Assembly (NCBI GenBank): GCA_043782545.1
Contig: JAYWAI010000248.1
Location: 1 to 33,101 of the forward strand
Length of the DNA stretch: 33,101 bases
Source: Acidimicrobiia bacterium
Lineage (GTDB): Bacteria; Actinomycetota; Acidimicrobiia; Acidimicrobiales; JBBRKR01
Reading direction: 5' to 3'
This document shows positions 7,931 to 16,462 of the stretch, one piece after another. The notes below the pieces were generated by a model that saw only the letters and a list, made by a program, of their open reading frames with translations, searched no databases and was not told the origin of the DNA. The number at the start of each line of letters is the position of its first letter. Within the stretch, counting starts at the first letter, position 1. A program made the translations under genes and the position numbers.

Positions 7931-9232
7931 TCAGGAGCCGACTTTGAAGTTAGTAGCGGTGCCCTTGTCGTCGAGGACGGCAGTGGCATACGAGACTGTG
8001 CACACTGGTGGGAAAATGGCAATCGCCTTACCGTCACAGTTAAAGGTCGCTCCCTTGAGCGTGGGGTACGGGTACGGGCCGCCGGTCTTGATGGCTGCGG
8101 TGACTGCTTCCTTGGTGACATCGCCGGTGACTTTTGCCATGATCTCGTTGAATGCGGTGATCACTGCGAAGGACCCGACTGGCGTACCTGCAGGGTTGAC
8201 CTTGGAGTCGTACTTTGCCACAATTCCCTTGAAGAGCACGATGTCAGCGTTAGCTGGGTCTTCGCCGGCTGCGTAGCTCACGATGATGTCTTTCAATTGT
8301 GCGCCAAGCGACGATACAACCGTTTTGTCCAGGCAGTTTGAAATCATCGTGATGGTGCCCTTAAACGATGCGTCGCGCAAACCCTTGATGGCGGTGGAAC
8401 AGAATGACGGATTGCCAATGATGTGGACGAGCTGGGCGCCTTTAGCAATGATTGCCTGGGCATCGGGGCCCATGTCACTGGCGGCGGCGTCGATACCGAC
8501 GATGTTGAGGTCGGTGATGCCAAGCGGGGTGAAGGCCAAAGGTGCCAACGCCTTTGCCGCGCCGATGGCGGCAGGCACGTTGGTTGACATGATGGCCGCC
8601 GATTTGACGCCCTTTTCTTTCGCAATGGAGGCGGGGAATGCTCCGAGGCCAGCAAGCCCGTTGGACATACTAAAGGCGGCCTGCCCGAGCATTGAGACGT
8701 CTGCTGCGGCGAAAGCCAGGGTAGGAATGCCGGCACCGGAGACGGTTTTGATCCATGGGGCAACCTGACCGTTGACATTCATAAGTACGATCGGCACGCC
8801 GTCGGAGACCATCTTGGCACCACAATCAGCGGCGATCGCTGGATCTTCGTTAGTGCCACAGACATCGAGTTCCAGCTTGTGACCGCCGAAGCCGCCCTTA
8901 TATTCGTTGTAGTACTTCACGACAGCTTGCGCAGCGTTGAGTTCCTCAGTGGCATCAATGCCCGCCGAGACGCCTGAGTAGATGTAGCCGACCTTGAGAG
9001 CTGTACCGGTGGCCGCGGTTGGTGTGCCAAGCACGTCGGGGACGGTAGTGGTGGCACCAGTAGTTGTCGTTGTGTCACCAGCCACAGTGGTCGTAGCTCC
9101 GGTGGTGGTTGCTCCGGTGGTGGTTGTGGCGGTGGTCTTCGAACTGCTGCAAGAAGCGGCAATTATCGAAATCGCCCCAACTGCTGCCACTCGTCGAACA
9201 AATGTCATGGACGTTTTCACGCGTTTCCCCAT
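7931..9232 (-). CDS. ABC transporter substrate-binding lipoprotein (LivK / type I periplasmic-binding fold)
   Basis: 433 aa. Signal peptide with lipobox ..RRVAAVGAISIIAAS|C, then the Thr/Gly-rich linker TTATTTTGATTTGATTTVAGDTTTTTGATTT, then an SBP body. Possible starts are 9232 (ATG), 9220 (GTG, with GGGGAA upstream) or 9208 (ATG). Confidence 0.85.
   Translation of the reverse strand: MGKRVKTSMTFVRRVAAVGAISIIAASCSSSKTTATTTTGATTTGATTTVAGDTTTTTGATTTVPDVLGTPTAATGTALKVGYIYSGVSAGIDATEELNAAQAVVKYYNEYKGGFGGHKLELDVCGTNEDPAIAADCGAKMVSDGVPIVLMNVNGQVAPWIKTVSGAGIPTLAFAAADVSMLGQAAFSMSNGLAGLGAFPASIAKEKGVKSAAIMSTNVPAAIGAAKALAPLAFTPLGITDLNIVGIDAAASDMGPDAQAIIAKGAQLVHIIGNPSFCSTAIKGLRDASFKGTITMISNCLDKTVVSSLGAQLKDIIVSYAAGEDPANADIVLFKGIVAKYDSKVNPAGTPVGSFAVITAFNEIMAKVTGDVTKEAVTAAIKTGGPYPYPTLKGATFNCDGKAIAIFPPVCTVSYATAVLDDKGTATNFKVGS
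9096..9125 (-). repeat. 15-bp tandem duplication (gctccggtggtggtt x2) within the Thr-rich linker coding region
   Basis: Exact copies at 9096-9110 and 9111-9125, embedded in a longer ggt/ggc-rich low-complexity tract (~9040-9140). Confidence 0.8.
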
Positions 9233-9286
9233 TCATTGTTGGCCCGACGCCCCCCTTGGGGTCGGGACGTCGCTCGTTGCCGAATC

Positions 9287-9300
9287 TGACGCGAGTGTCA
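9287..9300. promoter_or_regulatory. Candidate operator TGACGC-GA-GTGTCA (1 mismatch)
   Basis: Lies in the 191-bp divergent spacer between the SBP operon (-) and the P450 operon (+). The left flank TC extends the symmetry. Confidence 0.5.
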
Positions 9301-9423
9301 CCTTAGCAGTGAGCGGTGTCCGGCGTAAATAGGTGAACAATTAGTTTGTCGTCGTTTGCGATGACTTCCGGTGGCGTGATCGCTATAGAGTCGCGGTCTT
9401 ATCGACTGGTAACAAGGGGCGTC

Positions 9424-10623
9424 ATGAACACAACAGAGACAACGACCGCGACGGAATGCCCGTTTCGGTACGAGGACGCCCCGATGGGTTACGACCGTAC
9501 GGCGGGGTGGGCTTACATAAATTCCCACGGGCCTGTGGCCCTCGCCGAAGATGGCGCGTACTACCTCACCACTGCCGAGGCTGTGCAGTTTGCTCATCGC
9601 CGTCCAGATATTTTTCAATCGGGACCAGCGTTCGAAAGTTTGGGTAGCCCAATTCCCTTGGTGCCGCTGGCCATCGATCCGCCGAATCACAGTCGCTACC
9701 GCAAGATCCTGGACCCGATGTTGGCGCCTCGGGTCATCAACGCTATGGAGGACTCGCTTCGCCTTCAGGTACGCGAGCTCATCGAAGTATTTGCAGGAAA
9801 CGGCTCTTGTGATGTGATCACCGACCTTGCTCGGTTGTACCCCACTCAAGTGTTCATGACACTTTTTGGGCTGCCTTTGGAAGATCGCGACAAGTTCATG
9901 GCCTGGACCGAGGTCATTGTGTCTCAGGGGGGTGTGCAATCTGAGGAAGCCAGCGCGCAAGTAATGACGGCAGCGATCGACCTTATTACGTATCTTGGGG
10001 TCTACATCGAAATCAAGCGCGAGACACCTGGCGATGATCTTTTGAGCTCGGTGTTGGCGCTCACGGGCGACGATGCGTTCACCATGGATGAACTTCTCGG
10101 GATGTGTTTCCTCTTCGTGCTGGCGGGCCTTGACACGGTCATGTCGACCATAGGTTTTGTCATGTTGCACCTTGCTCGGAATCCTGAACTGCGCCGGGCT
10201 CTCGTCGCCGACCCAACCAAAGTCAATGCCGCGATAGAGGAAATTGTGCGGCTCGAACTGCCCGCCCCCATGACGCCTCGAATTGCGTCGCAGGACGTCG
10301 AAGTGTGCGGCGTGATGATCCCGGCTGGGGCACGCGTGAACTTGGTGTTGGGTTCGGCAAACCGAGATCCCGAGCGTTTTGAACTTCCCGACGACATCAA
10401 TCTGGCGGCAGGCGATCGTGGCCATTTATCGTTTGGTGGCGGCATTCATCGCTGCCTTGGCTCGCACCTGGCGCGGCGTGAGTTACGTCTTGTGGTCGAA
10501 GAATTTCATCGGCTCATCCCTGAATACTCTGTGGCGCCAGGCGCCGAGCCACACATCGAATGGCCCTCTGGCACCTACCATCTCACGTCTCTACCCCTTC
10601 AATTCCCCGTGGTGAACAAATGA
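9424..10623 (+). CDS. Cytochrome P450 monooxygenase
   Basis: Heme-binding loop FGGGIHRCLGSHLARRE (FxxGxHxCxG), the I-helix-like LFVLAGLDTV, and the ExxR-like EEIVRLE. I prefer ATG 9424, which has AAGGGG 4 nt upstream. The ORF track starts at TTG 9346. Confidence 0.9.
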   Translation: MNTTETTTATECPFRYEDAPMGYDRTAGWAYINSHGPVALAEDGAYYLTTAEAVQFAHRRPDIFQSGPAFESLGSPIPLVPLAIDPPNHSRYRKILDPMLAPRVINAMEDSLRLQVRELIEVFAGNGSCDVITDLARLYPTQVFMTLFGLPLEDRDKFMAWTEVIVSQGGVQSEEASAQVMTAAIDLITYLGVYIEIKRETPGDDLLSSVLALTGDDAFTMDELLGMCFLFVLAGLDTVMSTIGFVMLHLARNPELRRALVADPTKVNAAIEEIVRLELPAPMTPRIASQDVEVCGVMIPAGARVNLVLGSANRDPERFELPDDINLAAGDRGHLSFGGGIHRCLGSHLARRELRLVVEEFHRLIPEYSVAPGAEPHIEWPSGTYHLTSLPLQFPVVNK

Positions 10624-10811
10624 AAATTTCAATCGACGAACAACTCTGCACCGGTCACGCACGATGCGTGGCGATGGCACCGAATCTCTTCACTGACGAT
10701 GATCGCGGCTACGGCGTCGTCATTGGCGATGGCACCGTAACTGACGCCCTCGTCGATGAGGCGCACCGGGCAGTTGCCGCGTGCCCAGAGCGAGCCATTT
10801 CACTCTCCTAA
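10620..10811 (+). CDS. Small 3Fe-4S-type ferredoxin (P450 redox partner)
   Basis: 63 aa, MKISIDEQLCTGHARCVAMAPNLF...ACPERAISLS, with the CxxHxxC...CP cluster motif. ATGA overlap with the P450 stop codon. Confidence 0.85.
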   Translation: MKISIDEQLCTGHARCVAMAPNLFTDDDRGYGVVIGDGTVTDALVDEAHRAVAACPERAISLS

Positions 10812-10842
10812 CACATATTTAATTCACGAAAGGTTGTCAACA

Positions 10843-11700
10843 ATGGCAGGACGTTTAGAAGGCAAAGTCGCGCTCATTACCGGCGCGGCGATGGGGCAGG
10901 GCAAGAGCCACTGCATCCGCTTGGCCGAGGAAGGCGCGGCAATCATCGCGACCGACCTGTGCGCCCAAATCGACAGCGTCCGCTACCCGCTGGGCTCTGA
11001 TGCTGACCTCGCCGACACGGTGGCCAAGGTCGAAGCTGTAGGCGGTCGCATTGTTGCCGTCAAGGCTGACGTTCGTGAACGCAACGAAATGCGTGACGCT
11101 GTTGCGCAAGGTTTGGCGGCGTTTGGTCGCCTCGATATCGTGTGTTGTAACGCTGGCATCTTGCCGGTGAAGGATCGCGAAGTGCAGGCGTTCATCGATG
11201 CCGTCGATGTCGACTTTGGCGGAGTGCTCAACACAATTGCTGTGACCATGGAGCACCTCGGCGCTGGTGCGTCGATCGTGTTGACGGGCTCTACGGCCGG
11301 CATGATGCCCGGTGCGGTAAATAACCCGCAGCTTGGGCCAGGCGGCACGGGCTATGGCCTGTCGAAGAAGATGATCTTGGATTACACCGAATCGCTGGCG
11401 TTGCAGGTGGCGACCCGCATGATCCGTGTGAATGCCATCCACCCCACCAACACCAACACCAATTTGTTGCATAACGCCGACATTTACGGTGTGTTTCGCC
11501 CTGACCTGTCGGCGCCAACGCTCGATGACGTTTTGCCGGTGTTCAACATGTTCCAGGCCATGCCGATCCCGTTTGTGGAGCCCCGCGACATCAGCAACTT
11601 GGTGCTGTTCCTGGCCTCGGACGAGTCGCGCTACATGACTGGCCTCAACATTCGGATTGATGCCGGCGCATTCATCAAATCGCCTGGTATACCCGGGTGA
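10843..11700 (+). CDS. SDR, mycofactocin-coupled / carveol-dehydrogenase-like subfamily
   Basis: 285 aa. LEGKVALITGAAMGQGKSHCIRLAEEGAAIIATDLCAQIDSVRYPLGSDADLADTV..DVRE plus YGLSK match the signature N-terminus of this subfamily. RBS GAAAGG upstream of ATG 10843. Confidence 0.8.
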   Translation: MAGRLEGKVALITGAAMGQGKSHCIRLAEEGAAIIATDLCAQIDSVRYPLGSDADLADTVAKVEAVGGRIVAVKADVRERNEMRDAVAQGLAAFGRLDIVCCNAGILPVKDREVQAFIDAVDVDFGGVLNTIAVTMEHLGAGASIVLTGSTAGMMPGAVNNPQLGPGGTGYGLSKKMILDYTESLALQVATRMIRVNAIHPTNTNTNLLHNADIYGVFRPDLSAPTLDDVLPVFNMFQAMPIPFVEPRDISNLVLFLASDESRYMTGLNIRIDAGAFIKSPGIPG

Positions 11701-11715
11701 TGTGACGGCTGTTCT

Positions 11716-12486
11716 GTGGCGCAAAATCTGACCGGGCGATCAGCGTTAGTTACTGGCTCTGGCCAAGGCGTGGGTGCAGCAATTGCGCGCACCTTCGCTG
11801 TGGCCGGAGCCTTTGTATATGTCAACGATCTCATTGCCGGCCGTGCCCAGGCTGTGGTCGACGACATCGTTGCGAGCGGCGGACAAGCAGCGGCGTTGGT
11901 ATTTGACGTGACTTCGTACGCGGCGGTCGGCGACGCCATTTCTACCAGCGGCCCAGTCGACATTTTGGTCAACAACGCTGGCAACGCCGGTGGCGATGCG
12001 TGGCCGTCGATGGTGCCGTTTGCGCGTAGCGAGCCGTCTGATTGGGCCCCGTATTTGAGGGTCAATTTGGATGGCGTGATGAATTGCGTGAGGGCGTGCC
12101 TGCCGGGAATGATCGAGGGATCGTGGGGTCGCGTGATCACCATTATGAGCGACGCTGGTCGAGTTGGTTCGCCCAATATGGCCGCGTACGCGGCCGCTAA
12201 GGCGGGCGCCGCCGCGGTAACTCGGAGCGTTGCTCACGAAGAGGCTCGCCATGGCATCACGGCCAACAACATTTCGCTGGGCACCATGCGCACGCCGCTT
12301 ACCGAAGCCGTGTGGGCCGACCCCGACAACGCAACAGGCAAAGCGCTCATGGCGCACTATTTGGTGCGCCGACCCGGCTCCCCGAACGATGTGACAGCAC
12401 TGGCATTGCTGCTCGCCAGTGACGACGGCGAATGGATCACCGGCCAGACCTATCCCGTGAATGGCGGCTTTTCGCTGGCTCTGTGA
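11716..12486 (+). CDS. SDR family oxidoreductase (FabG-like)
   Basis: 256 aa. Contains LTGRSALVTGSGQGVGAAIA, NNAGNAG and YAAAKAG. GTG start. Confidence 0.85.
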   Translation: MAQNLTGRSALVTGSGQGVGAAIARTFAVAGAFVYVNDLIAGRAQAVVDDIVASGGQAAALVFDVTSYAAVGDAISTSGPVDILVNNAGNAGGDAWPSMVPFARSEPSDWAPYLRVNLDGVMNCVRACLPGMIEGSWGRVITIMSDAGRVGSPNMAAYAAAKAGAAAVTRSVAHEEARHGITANNISLGTMRTPLTEAVWADPDNATGKALMAHYLVRRPGSPNDVTALALLLASDDGEWITGQTYPVNGGFSLAL

Positions 12487-12505
12487 AAATCAGGGAGCGT
12501 TGCGG

Positions 12506-12519
12506 TGACACGAGTGTCA
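12506..12519. promoter_or_regulatory. Candidate operator, perfect palindrome TGACAC-GA-GTGTCA
   Basis: Lies in the 48-bp co-directional spacer upstream of the VOC gene. It is followed by TAGGGT (12523-12528), 6 nt before the GTG at 12535. Confidence 0.6.
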
Positions 12520-12534
12520 GATTAGGGTGATGGC

Positions 12535-13065
12535 GTGACTTCTTCGCCGCCGCTGCGCCGTCCAGACAAACCCCAAATGCTGAATCATGTGGCGTACATC
12601 ACCCACGATACGTCGGCCACGGTCGCCTTCTATACCGAGATGCTCGGCATGGAATTGGTAGCGGCCGTGATGGACGACAAGATCCCCTCCACGGGCGATC
12701 CGGTGCCGTATTTTCACTCCTTCTTCAAGATGGCTGATGGCTCGACCGTTGCGTTTTTCGAAGCGCCGTCGCTGCCGCCAGCCTGCGCCGTGACACATCC
12801 GGCTTACAACATTTTTCAGCACATAGCGCTGCAAGTCGCCACTCGGGACACGGTCGACGAGTGGCGCGAATGGTTGGTGGGCAACGGCATCGATGTGATC
12901 GGTCCCGTGAATCACGGCATCATTTACAGCATCTATTTCTACGACCCCAACGGCATCCGCTTGGAACTCACCACCGCATTAGATCCAACTTGGAACAGCC
13001 AACCCGAAGCGGCGCGTGCCTCCCTGGCCGAGTGGGAACTATCCAAGGCGACCAACCGTGGATGA
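12535..13065 (+). CDS. VOC-family protein (glyoxalase / extradiol-dioxygenase fold)
   Basis: 176 aa. LNHVAYITHDTSATVAFYTEMLGMELV and QHIALQV..IYFYDPNGIRLEL are typical VOC beta-alpha-beta-beta-beta modules. Confidence 0.8.
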   Translation: MTSSPPLRRPDKPQMLNHVAYITHDTSATVAFYTEMLGMELVAAVMDDKIPSTGDPVPYFHSFFKMADGSTVAFFEAPSLPPACAVTHPAYNIFQHIALQVATRDTVDEWREWLVGNGIDVIGPVNHGIIYSIYFYDPNGIRLELTTALDPTWNSQPEAARASLAEWELSKATNRG

Positions 13066-14260
13066 GCTCACTCTGCCCAAAATCATCAGTGTCGACGACC
13101 ACGTCGTAGAGCCAGCGCATGTGTGGGATACGTGGCTGCCGCAACGGTTTCGGGCCGATGGGCCCCGTGTCGAACGACGTGGCGTTCGCTCGATCGACTT
13201 TGCCGGGGCCGCCGCGTACAAGGAGGTTTTCGACGACGATTCGCCGATGAAAGCCGACACGTGGGTGTACGGCGATCTCGTTTACACGCACAAACGTATG
13301 GTCGCTGCGGTGGGCTACCCACGTGACGAAATGACGATGACGCCGATCACCTACGACGACATGCGCCCAGGGTGTTACGACCCCAAGGCACGATTGATTG
13401 ATATGGATGTCAACTGGGTGGAAGCGTCTGCGTGCTACCCGACATTTCCTCGCTTTTGTGGTCAAACGTTCGCCGAAGGCAAAAACAAAGACCTAGGTCT
13501 GGCATGCGTTGAGGCCTACAACAATTGGACAGTCGAGGAGTGGTGTGGCGATTCTGGCGGTCGGCTCATACCCGTGTGTTTGATCCCGCTCTGGGATGCC
13601 AATCTGGCCGCCACCGAAGTACGACGCAACGCTGCTCGCGGCGTGCGCGCCGTGGCGTTTAGTGAAATCCCTGTACACCTCGGATTGCCCAGCATTCACT
13701 CCGGAGAGTGGGATCCGCTGTGGGCCGCATGTGAAGAAACAGGCACTGTGGTGTGCATGCACATTGGTTCGTCCTCACGCATGCCGGCCACGTCGGCCGA
13801 TGCCCCTCCCGCAGTTACGGCGACGCTCGGTTTCGGCAACGCCATGTTTTCGTTGGTGGACTTTTTGTGGTCAGGCATTTTGGTGCGCTACCCGAAACTG
13901 AAATTGAGTTACGCCGAAAGCCAGATCGGTTGGATCCCGTACATCCTGGAACGTATCGACGATGTGTGGGAAGACAATCAAGGCTGGGCTGGCACCAAGG
14001 TCATCCCGGAGCCGCCGAGCGCGTATTTCCATCGGAACGTGTACTGCTGTTTTTTCAAAGACAACACCGGCATTGCCATGCGCGACCGCATCGGCATCGA
14101 CCGGATCGTGTTCGAAACCGACTACCCGCACAGTGACTCCACGTGGCCAGACACCCGGTCGGTGGCAGCCCGTCTTTTTGATGGCCTGAGCCCAGACGAC
14201 ATTTACAAAATTGTGCGCGGCAACGCTATCGAGATGTTCAGCTTGCAGGGATTCAACTAG
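13061..14260 (+). CDS. Amidohydrolase-2 family metal-dependent hydrolase/decarboxylase
   Basis: ~399 aa. Contains IISVDDHVVEP (an HxH-like metal site), AFSE.., MHIGS and FETDYPHSD. GTG 13061 overlaps the VOC stop codon (GTGGATGA). The track start at 13016 would overlap by 50 nt. Confidence 0.8.
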   Translation, partial: DELTLPKIISVDDHVVEPAHVWDTWLPQRFRADGPRVERRGVRSIDFAGAAAYKEVFDDDSPMKADTWVYGDLVYTHKRMVAAVGYPRDEMTMTPITYDDMRPGCYDPKARLIDMDVNWVEASACYPTFPRFCGQTFAEGKNKDLGLACVEAYNNWTVEEWCGDSGGRLIPVCLIPLWDANLAATEVRRNAARGVRAVAFSEIPVHLGLPSIHSGEWDPLWAACEETGTVVCMHIGSSSRMPATSADAPPAVTATLGFGNAMFSLVDFLWSGILVRYPKLKLSYAESQIGWIPYILERIDDVWEDNQGWAGTKVIPEPPSAYFHRNVYCCFFKDNTGIAMRDRIGIDRIVFETDYPHSDSTWPDTRSVAARLFDGLSPDDIYKIVRGNAIEMFSLQGFN

Positions 14261-15429
14261 TGGAGTTGGCGTTCACCAAAGCGGAAAACGAATTCCGCGA
14301 TGAAGTGCGCACGTGGCTGGGGGCGAATTCTCCCAAGGGTCATCGGCCGCGCTCGCTACCGGAAATGCGCGAGTTCGATTTGGCATGGCAGCGCTTGCAG
14401 TTTGATGCTGGCTGGGCGGGCATTGCCTGGCCAACTGAGTACGGAGGCGCTGGCCTGTCGTTGATACAGCAACTCATTTGGTTCGAGGAATACGCGCACA
14501 CCGGGTTGCAGCCCATCGATTCCCGATTCGTGGGGCTCAGCCATGCCGGCCCCACGCTGATGGCCCGGGCTACTGCCGAGCAGCAGACCAAACACCTTGC
14601 TGAAATTTTGCGCGGCGATGTGGTGTGGTGCCAAGGATTTTCTGAGCCTGAGGCGGGCAGCGACCTCGCCAGTTTGCGCACGACGGCGGTTGTCGATGGT
14701 GATCAGTTGGTGATCAACGGGCAGAAGATTTGGACGAGCTTTGCCCCCATTGCCGAGTGGCAAGAACTTCTCGTGCGCACCGACCCAGACGTGCCCAAAC
14801 ACAAGGGACTCACCTGGGTTATTTGTGACATGCACTCGCCCGGCATAGATGCCCGCCCGATTCGCACAATCGACGGCGGTACGGAGTTCGCCGAGGTGTT
14901 TTACGACGATGTGCGAGTGCCGCTGGCCAACGTGGTGGGCGGCATCAACAACGGCTGGAGCGTGGCCATGTCGACCCTGTCATTCGAACGCGGTACGGCA
15001 TTCACGGTGAGCCAAATGCAGTTGTCTTCCAATGTGGAACGGCTCATCGAGATCGCACGCTCACGGATGTCGTTCAACGGGAAGCCGGCGATTGCCGACG
15101 AGTCACTGGCGAAACGGCTTGCTGCAGTGCGTGCGGAAGTGGCGGCGTTGCGGGCACTGACCTACCTCAGTATCTCGGCGAACCTGCACCGCGCCGAGCC
15201 TGGGCCAGAAGGCTCGATGCTGAAGTTGCAGATGGGTGACCTCACCAAACAGGTCTACCAATTGTCGCTGGAAATTCTCGGGCCGCGCTCGCTGAATCGG
15301 CCAGAAAACGAAGACGACAGCTATTGGGTGGATCGCCACTTGGAAGCGTTTTCGTTAACGATTGGCGGCGGTACGTCGGAGATTCAGCGCAACATCATTG
15401 CCGAAAAAGTGTTGGGGTTACCGCGATGA
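14260..15429 (+). CDS. Acyl-CoA dehydrogenase, large subunit of a probable heteromeric FadE pair
   Basis: 389 aa. Contains CQGFSEPEAGSDLASL, GQKIWTS and GGGTSEIQRNIIAE. The GTG start shares 1 nt with the upstream stop codon. Confidence 0.9.
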   Translation: MELAFTKAENEFRDEVRTWLGANSPKGHRPRSLPEMREFDLAWQRLQFDAGWAGIAWPTEYGGAGLSLIQQLIWFEEYAHTGLQPIDSRFVGLSHAGPTLMARATAEQQTKHLAEILRGDVVWCQGFSEPEAGSDLASLRTTAVVDGDQLVINGQKIWTSFAPIAEWQELLVRTDPDVPKHKGLTWVICDMHSPGIDARPIRTIDGGTEFAEVFYDDVRVPLANVVGGINNGWSVAMSTLSFERGTAFTVSQMQLSSNVERLIEIARSRMSFNGKPAIADESLAKRLAAVRAEVAALRALTYLSISANLHRAEPGPEGSMLKLQMGDLTKQVYQLSLEILGPRSLNRPENEDDSYWVDRHLEAFSLTIGGGTSEIQRNIIAEKVLGLPR

Positions 15430-16451
15430 ATCTGCTGCCATCAGATGAACAGACCGGGATCGTTGAAGCGTCTCGAGCGTTCTTGAGCGGTCAATTGCCA
15501 ATCGCCCGTACCCGCGAAATGTTTGGCGAGTCGAGCAATATTGACGCCGGGGCGTGGTCTGAGGCGGCCGAGTTGGGCTGGTTTGGCCTCGGGCTGCCCG
15601 AGCGTTTTGGCGGCGTGGGTTGCGGCCTGGCCGATGAGGCATTGCTGTTTCGCGAAATAGGCCGATCGCTGGCGTCTGGGCCATTTCTTTCAACCGTCGT
15701 CGCCGCTCGTGTGGCGGCATTCGCCGGGCACGCTGACCTTGCCGAAGCCATCGTGAGCGGGCAACCCGTTGGTTTCGTGGTCGCCGAATCTCACGGCACC
15801 GTGTCGCCTGACGGTGTACTCAACGGGCCGTTGCAACTTGTCGATGCATCGGGCGATCTTGCTGTTGTCGTGACGCCCACCATCGCGGCGTTGATCGATG
15901 TAACACAACTCCACGACGTGGAGGTGGTGGAAAGCGTGGATCCCGCGGTGCGTCTCCATAGGGCTCTGGCCCATAACGTGATTCCTGGTGCGGTAGTCGC
16001 CGTCAGCATTGACCCTGTGGCCCAACGAGCCATGGTGTTAGCCGCGGCGATGCTCAACGGTATTACAGAAGCGAGTCGCGACATCGGCGCAGAACACGCC
16101 AAAGTACGCGTCCAATTTGGCAAACCGATCGGAGTCAATCAGGCCATCAAACACCCCTGTGCCGACATGGCCGTGAAGGCCCAACTGGCGTACGCGCAAA
16201 CGATATTCGCCGCCGCGTCGCTCGATGAGCAGCGCAGCGATAGCGAGTTTCATGCCACCGGCGCGCTGCTCGTGAGCGCCTCGGCCGCCGAATTTTCTAC
16301 CGCTGCCGCCTTACAAATATTGGGCGGCATGGGTTTCACGTTCGAGCACGACATTCACCTCTACGTGAAGCGGACGCACCTTTTGACCCGTTTATTTCAC
16401 GGCACGAGTCATCAACTTGGCCGGCTCATCGACCTGCCCTTGGCCGAGTAG
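15426..16451 (+). CDS. Acyl-CoA dehydrogenase-family protein, small partner subunit
   Basis: 341 aa from ATG 15426 (ATGA overlap with the upstream ACAD). C-terminal ACAD helices: FGKPIGVNQAIKH and ILGGMGFTFEHDIHLYVKR. Confidence 0.85.
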   Translation: MNLLPSDEQTGIVEASRAFLSGQLPIARTREMFGESSNIDAGAWSEAAELGWFGLGLPERFGGVGCGLADEALLFREIGRSLASGPFLSTVVAARVAAFAGHADLAEAIVSGQPVGFVVAESHGTVSPDGVLNGPLQLVDASGDLAVVVTPTIAALIDVTQLHDVEVVESVDPAVRLHRALAHNVIPGAVVAVSIDPVAQRAMVLAAAMLNGITEASRDIGAEHAKVRVQFGKPIGVNQAIKHPCADMAVKAQLAYAQTIFAAASLDEQRSDSEFHATGALLVSASAAEFSTAAALQILGGMGFTFEHDIHLYVKRTHLLTRLFHGTSHQLGRLIDLPLAE

Positions 16452-16462
16452 AGCGGGTCGAT

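Noticed and set aside
9298-10425. 375-aa ORF on the minus strand
   Set aside because: It is entirely antisense to the P450 gene, which has unmistakable motifs (FGGGIHRCLG). The product is Arg/His-rich with no recognisable domain, which is typical of a shadow ORF in GC-rich DNA.
10855-11724. 289-aa ORF on the minus strand
   Set aside because: It is antisense to the mycofactocin-type SDR gene. The composition is low-complexity and Arg/His-rich and no motif is present, so it is a shadow ORF.
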